Below, one piece after another: positions 62,330-64,000 of a stretch of 64,000 bases of DNA. Both the position numbers and the translations under genes were made by a program. Under the pieces are notes generated by a model. It was not told where the DNA came from. It worked only from the letters and a program-made list of their open reading frames with translations, and made no database searches. The DNA is from an uncultured delta proteobacterium (GTDB lineage: Bacteria > Desulfobacterota > Binatia > UBA9968): contig CAWFJP010000011.1 of assembly GCA_963816145.1 (NCBI GenBank), positions 32,001 to 96,000 of the forward strand, given 5' to 3'. Every line of letters starts with the position of its first letter. Position 1 is the stretch's first letter.

Positions 62330-64000
62330 TCAAGAAGCTTTATGCGGATTATCAACCTCGAGATGCGGCGTCAGAGCAGCATGCTCAACGGCCGGCACGG
62401 CGGCTTTGCCGCCCATGCGCGACCGGAACCCGGTCACAAAGGCCAAGAGTTTTTCCATATACAGGTAAACCACCGGGGTAATGTAGAGTGTCAAAACCTG
62501 AGAAATGACCAACCCGCCGACGACCGCGATACCGAGCGGTTGGCGCGCTTCGGCGCCGGCGCCCCAACCGATCGCGATGGGAACCGCGCCGACGATCGCC
62601 GCCATGGTGGTCATCATGATCGGCCGAAAGCGCACCAAAGCGCCCTCATAAATTGCCTGGGCCGGCGGTTTCCCCTCGTTGCGCTGGGCATCGAGAGCGA
62701 AGTCGATCATCATGATGGCGTTTTTCTTGACGATACCGACGAGCATGATCAAACCGACGAAAGCATAGATGCTCAAGTCCATGCCGAACCAGTAAAGCGC
62801 GATCAACGCACCCAATCCCGCTGACGGCAAGCCGGAGAGAATCGTCACCGGATGAATGAAACTTTCGTACAGAATGCCGAGCACCAGATAGACGACAAAC
62901 ACCGCCAGGACCAGCAGCGCCAATAAGCTGGCAATCGATTTCTGAAATTCCTGCGCGGTACCTTGGAAACTGGTACTGACCGATCCCGGCAAGGTCTCAC
63001 GCGCGAGCTTATTGATCGTCTCGACCGCATCACCCAGCGCCACGCCTTCACGCAAGTTGAAGGAAATAGTCACCGACGGCAATTGACCCGAATGATTCAC
63101 CGAGAGCGGCCCAACTGAATACTTGAGACTCGCCAGCGCGCCCAAGGGGACCATCGGTTGGGCTGTCGAGTTTTGCCCTGTAGTCGAGCGAATGTAGAGT
63201 TGCGACAAGGCCGAAGGGTCGTTTTGAAACTTCGGATCGAGCTCGACGATGACTTGGTATTGATTGTTCGGCGTATTGACCGTCGACACCTGCCGGGTGG
63301 CATAAGAGTTTTGAAACGCCTCTTCGACCGCGCGTTGGGAAATCCCCTGTGCGGTTACGCCCATGGTCGAGGCTTTGTCACGGTCGAGGACGACTTGCAG
63401 TTGCGGGTTTTTTAGCTGCAAATCGCTGCCGACATCGCGAAAATCGGCAAGCGCCCTTAACCTACCTTCGAGAATCGCCGCCGTACGATACAATTCCGGC
63501 GCGTCGGGGCTCTGCAAGGTGAATTGGTACAAGCTCCGGCTCAGCCGTCCGCCAACGCGGATGACCGGCGGGTTTTGCAACGAAACCCGGATTCCCGGCA
63601 CCCGGGACAGCTTCGGCCGCAAATCGCGAATCAATTCATCGGCGCTGAGCTTGCGCTGTTCGCGCGGCTTGAGTTTCATGAAAATACGACCGGTATTGCC
63701 GGTCAGTCCTACACCGCCGACGCCGACACTTGAAAAAAACGACTCGACATTGGGGTCCTTGGCAACGATGGCGGCGAGCTGCTGTTGATTGTTTACCATT
63801 TGTTCGAAGGAAACCCCTTGCGCCCCTTCGGTGTTAATTAATATCTGACCGATATCCTCACTCGGAATAAACCCCTTAGGCACCAATCCATAAAAATGAA
63901 CCGTGGCCCAGAGCACGACCAATGACGCGATCATCGTCGTGACATGGTGGCGCATGACCCATGCAAGGGTGAATTCGTAACCTTTGTTCATTCCATCCAG
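62330..64000 (-). CDS. RND efflux permease (MdtB/MdtC-like), 5'-truncated by the window edge
   Basis: 'LGILYESFIHP.TILS.LPSA', 'GIVKKNAIMMIDFA', 'RFRPIMMTT'. Confidence 0.92.
   Translation of the reverse strand: MDGMNKGYEFTLAWVMRHHVTTMIASLVVLWATVHFYGLVPKGFIPSEDIGQILINTEGAQGVSFEQMVNNQQQLAAIVAKDPNVESFFSSVGVGGVGLTGNTGRIFMKLKPREQRKLSADELIRDLRPKLSRVPGIRVSLQNPPVIRVGGRLSRSLYQFTLQSPDAPELYRTAAILEGRLRALADFRDVGSDLQLKNPQLQVVLDRDKASTMGVTAQGISQRAVEEAFQNSYATRQVSTVNTPNNQYQVIVELDPKFQNDPSALSQLYIRSTTGQNSTAQPMVPLGALASLKYSVGPLSVNHSGQLPSVTISFNLREGVALGDAVETINKLARETLPGSVSTSFQGTAQEFQKSIASLLALLVLAVFVVYLVLGILYESFIHPVTILSGLPSAGLGALIALYWFGMDLSIYAFVGLIMLVGIVKKNAIMMIDFALDAQRNEGKPPAQAIYEGALVRFRPIMMTTMAAIVGAVPIAIGWGAGAEARQPLGIAVVGGLVISQVLTLYITPVVYLYMEKLLAFVTGFRSRMGGKAAVPAVEHAALTPHLEVDNPHKAS

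Overview
Gene-dense, GC-rich bacterial chromosome segment. The style (NMT1/THI5-type binding proteins, many TPR and GT-C genes, UbiD/UbiA pair) suggests a deltaproteobacterium-like lineage such as Binatia; this is inference only. In order, it holds a MoxR/DUF58/triple-VWA operon, greA, and a peptide ABC operon interrupted by a small catabolic module. Next come ligA, rsmI, a split glutaminase + nadE pair, amgK/murU-like genes and sodC + ZIP transporter. Then follow an ~12 kb cluster of one GT2 and five GT-C-like membrane genes (four with TPR tails, two TMTC-like), ubiD/ubiA, TauE, a porin, an extended bamD and part of an RND pump. No rRNA, tRNA, CRISPR array or transposase was recognised. Main observations not in the ORF track: (1) a 74-aa glutaredoxin-like ORF (33328-33552) with two in-frame TGA codons, each followed by a hairpin, probably a double selenoprotein. 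(2) A four-helix-bundle gene enclosed by imperfect inverted repeats built from short units, plus several ORF-less inverted repeats and short-period tandem repeats at other operon junctions. (3) A terminator just upstream of the greA RBS. (4) Two +1 frameshifts at GGG runs, probably sequence errors.
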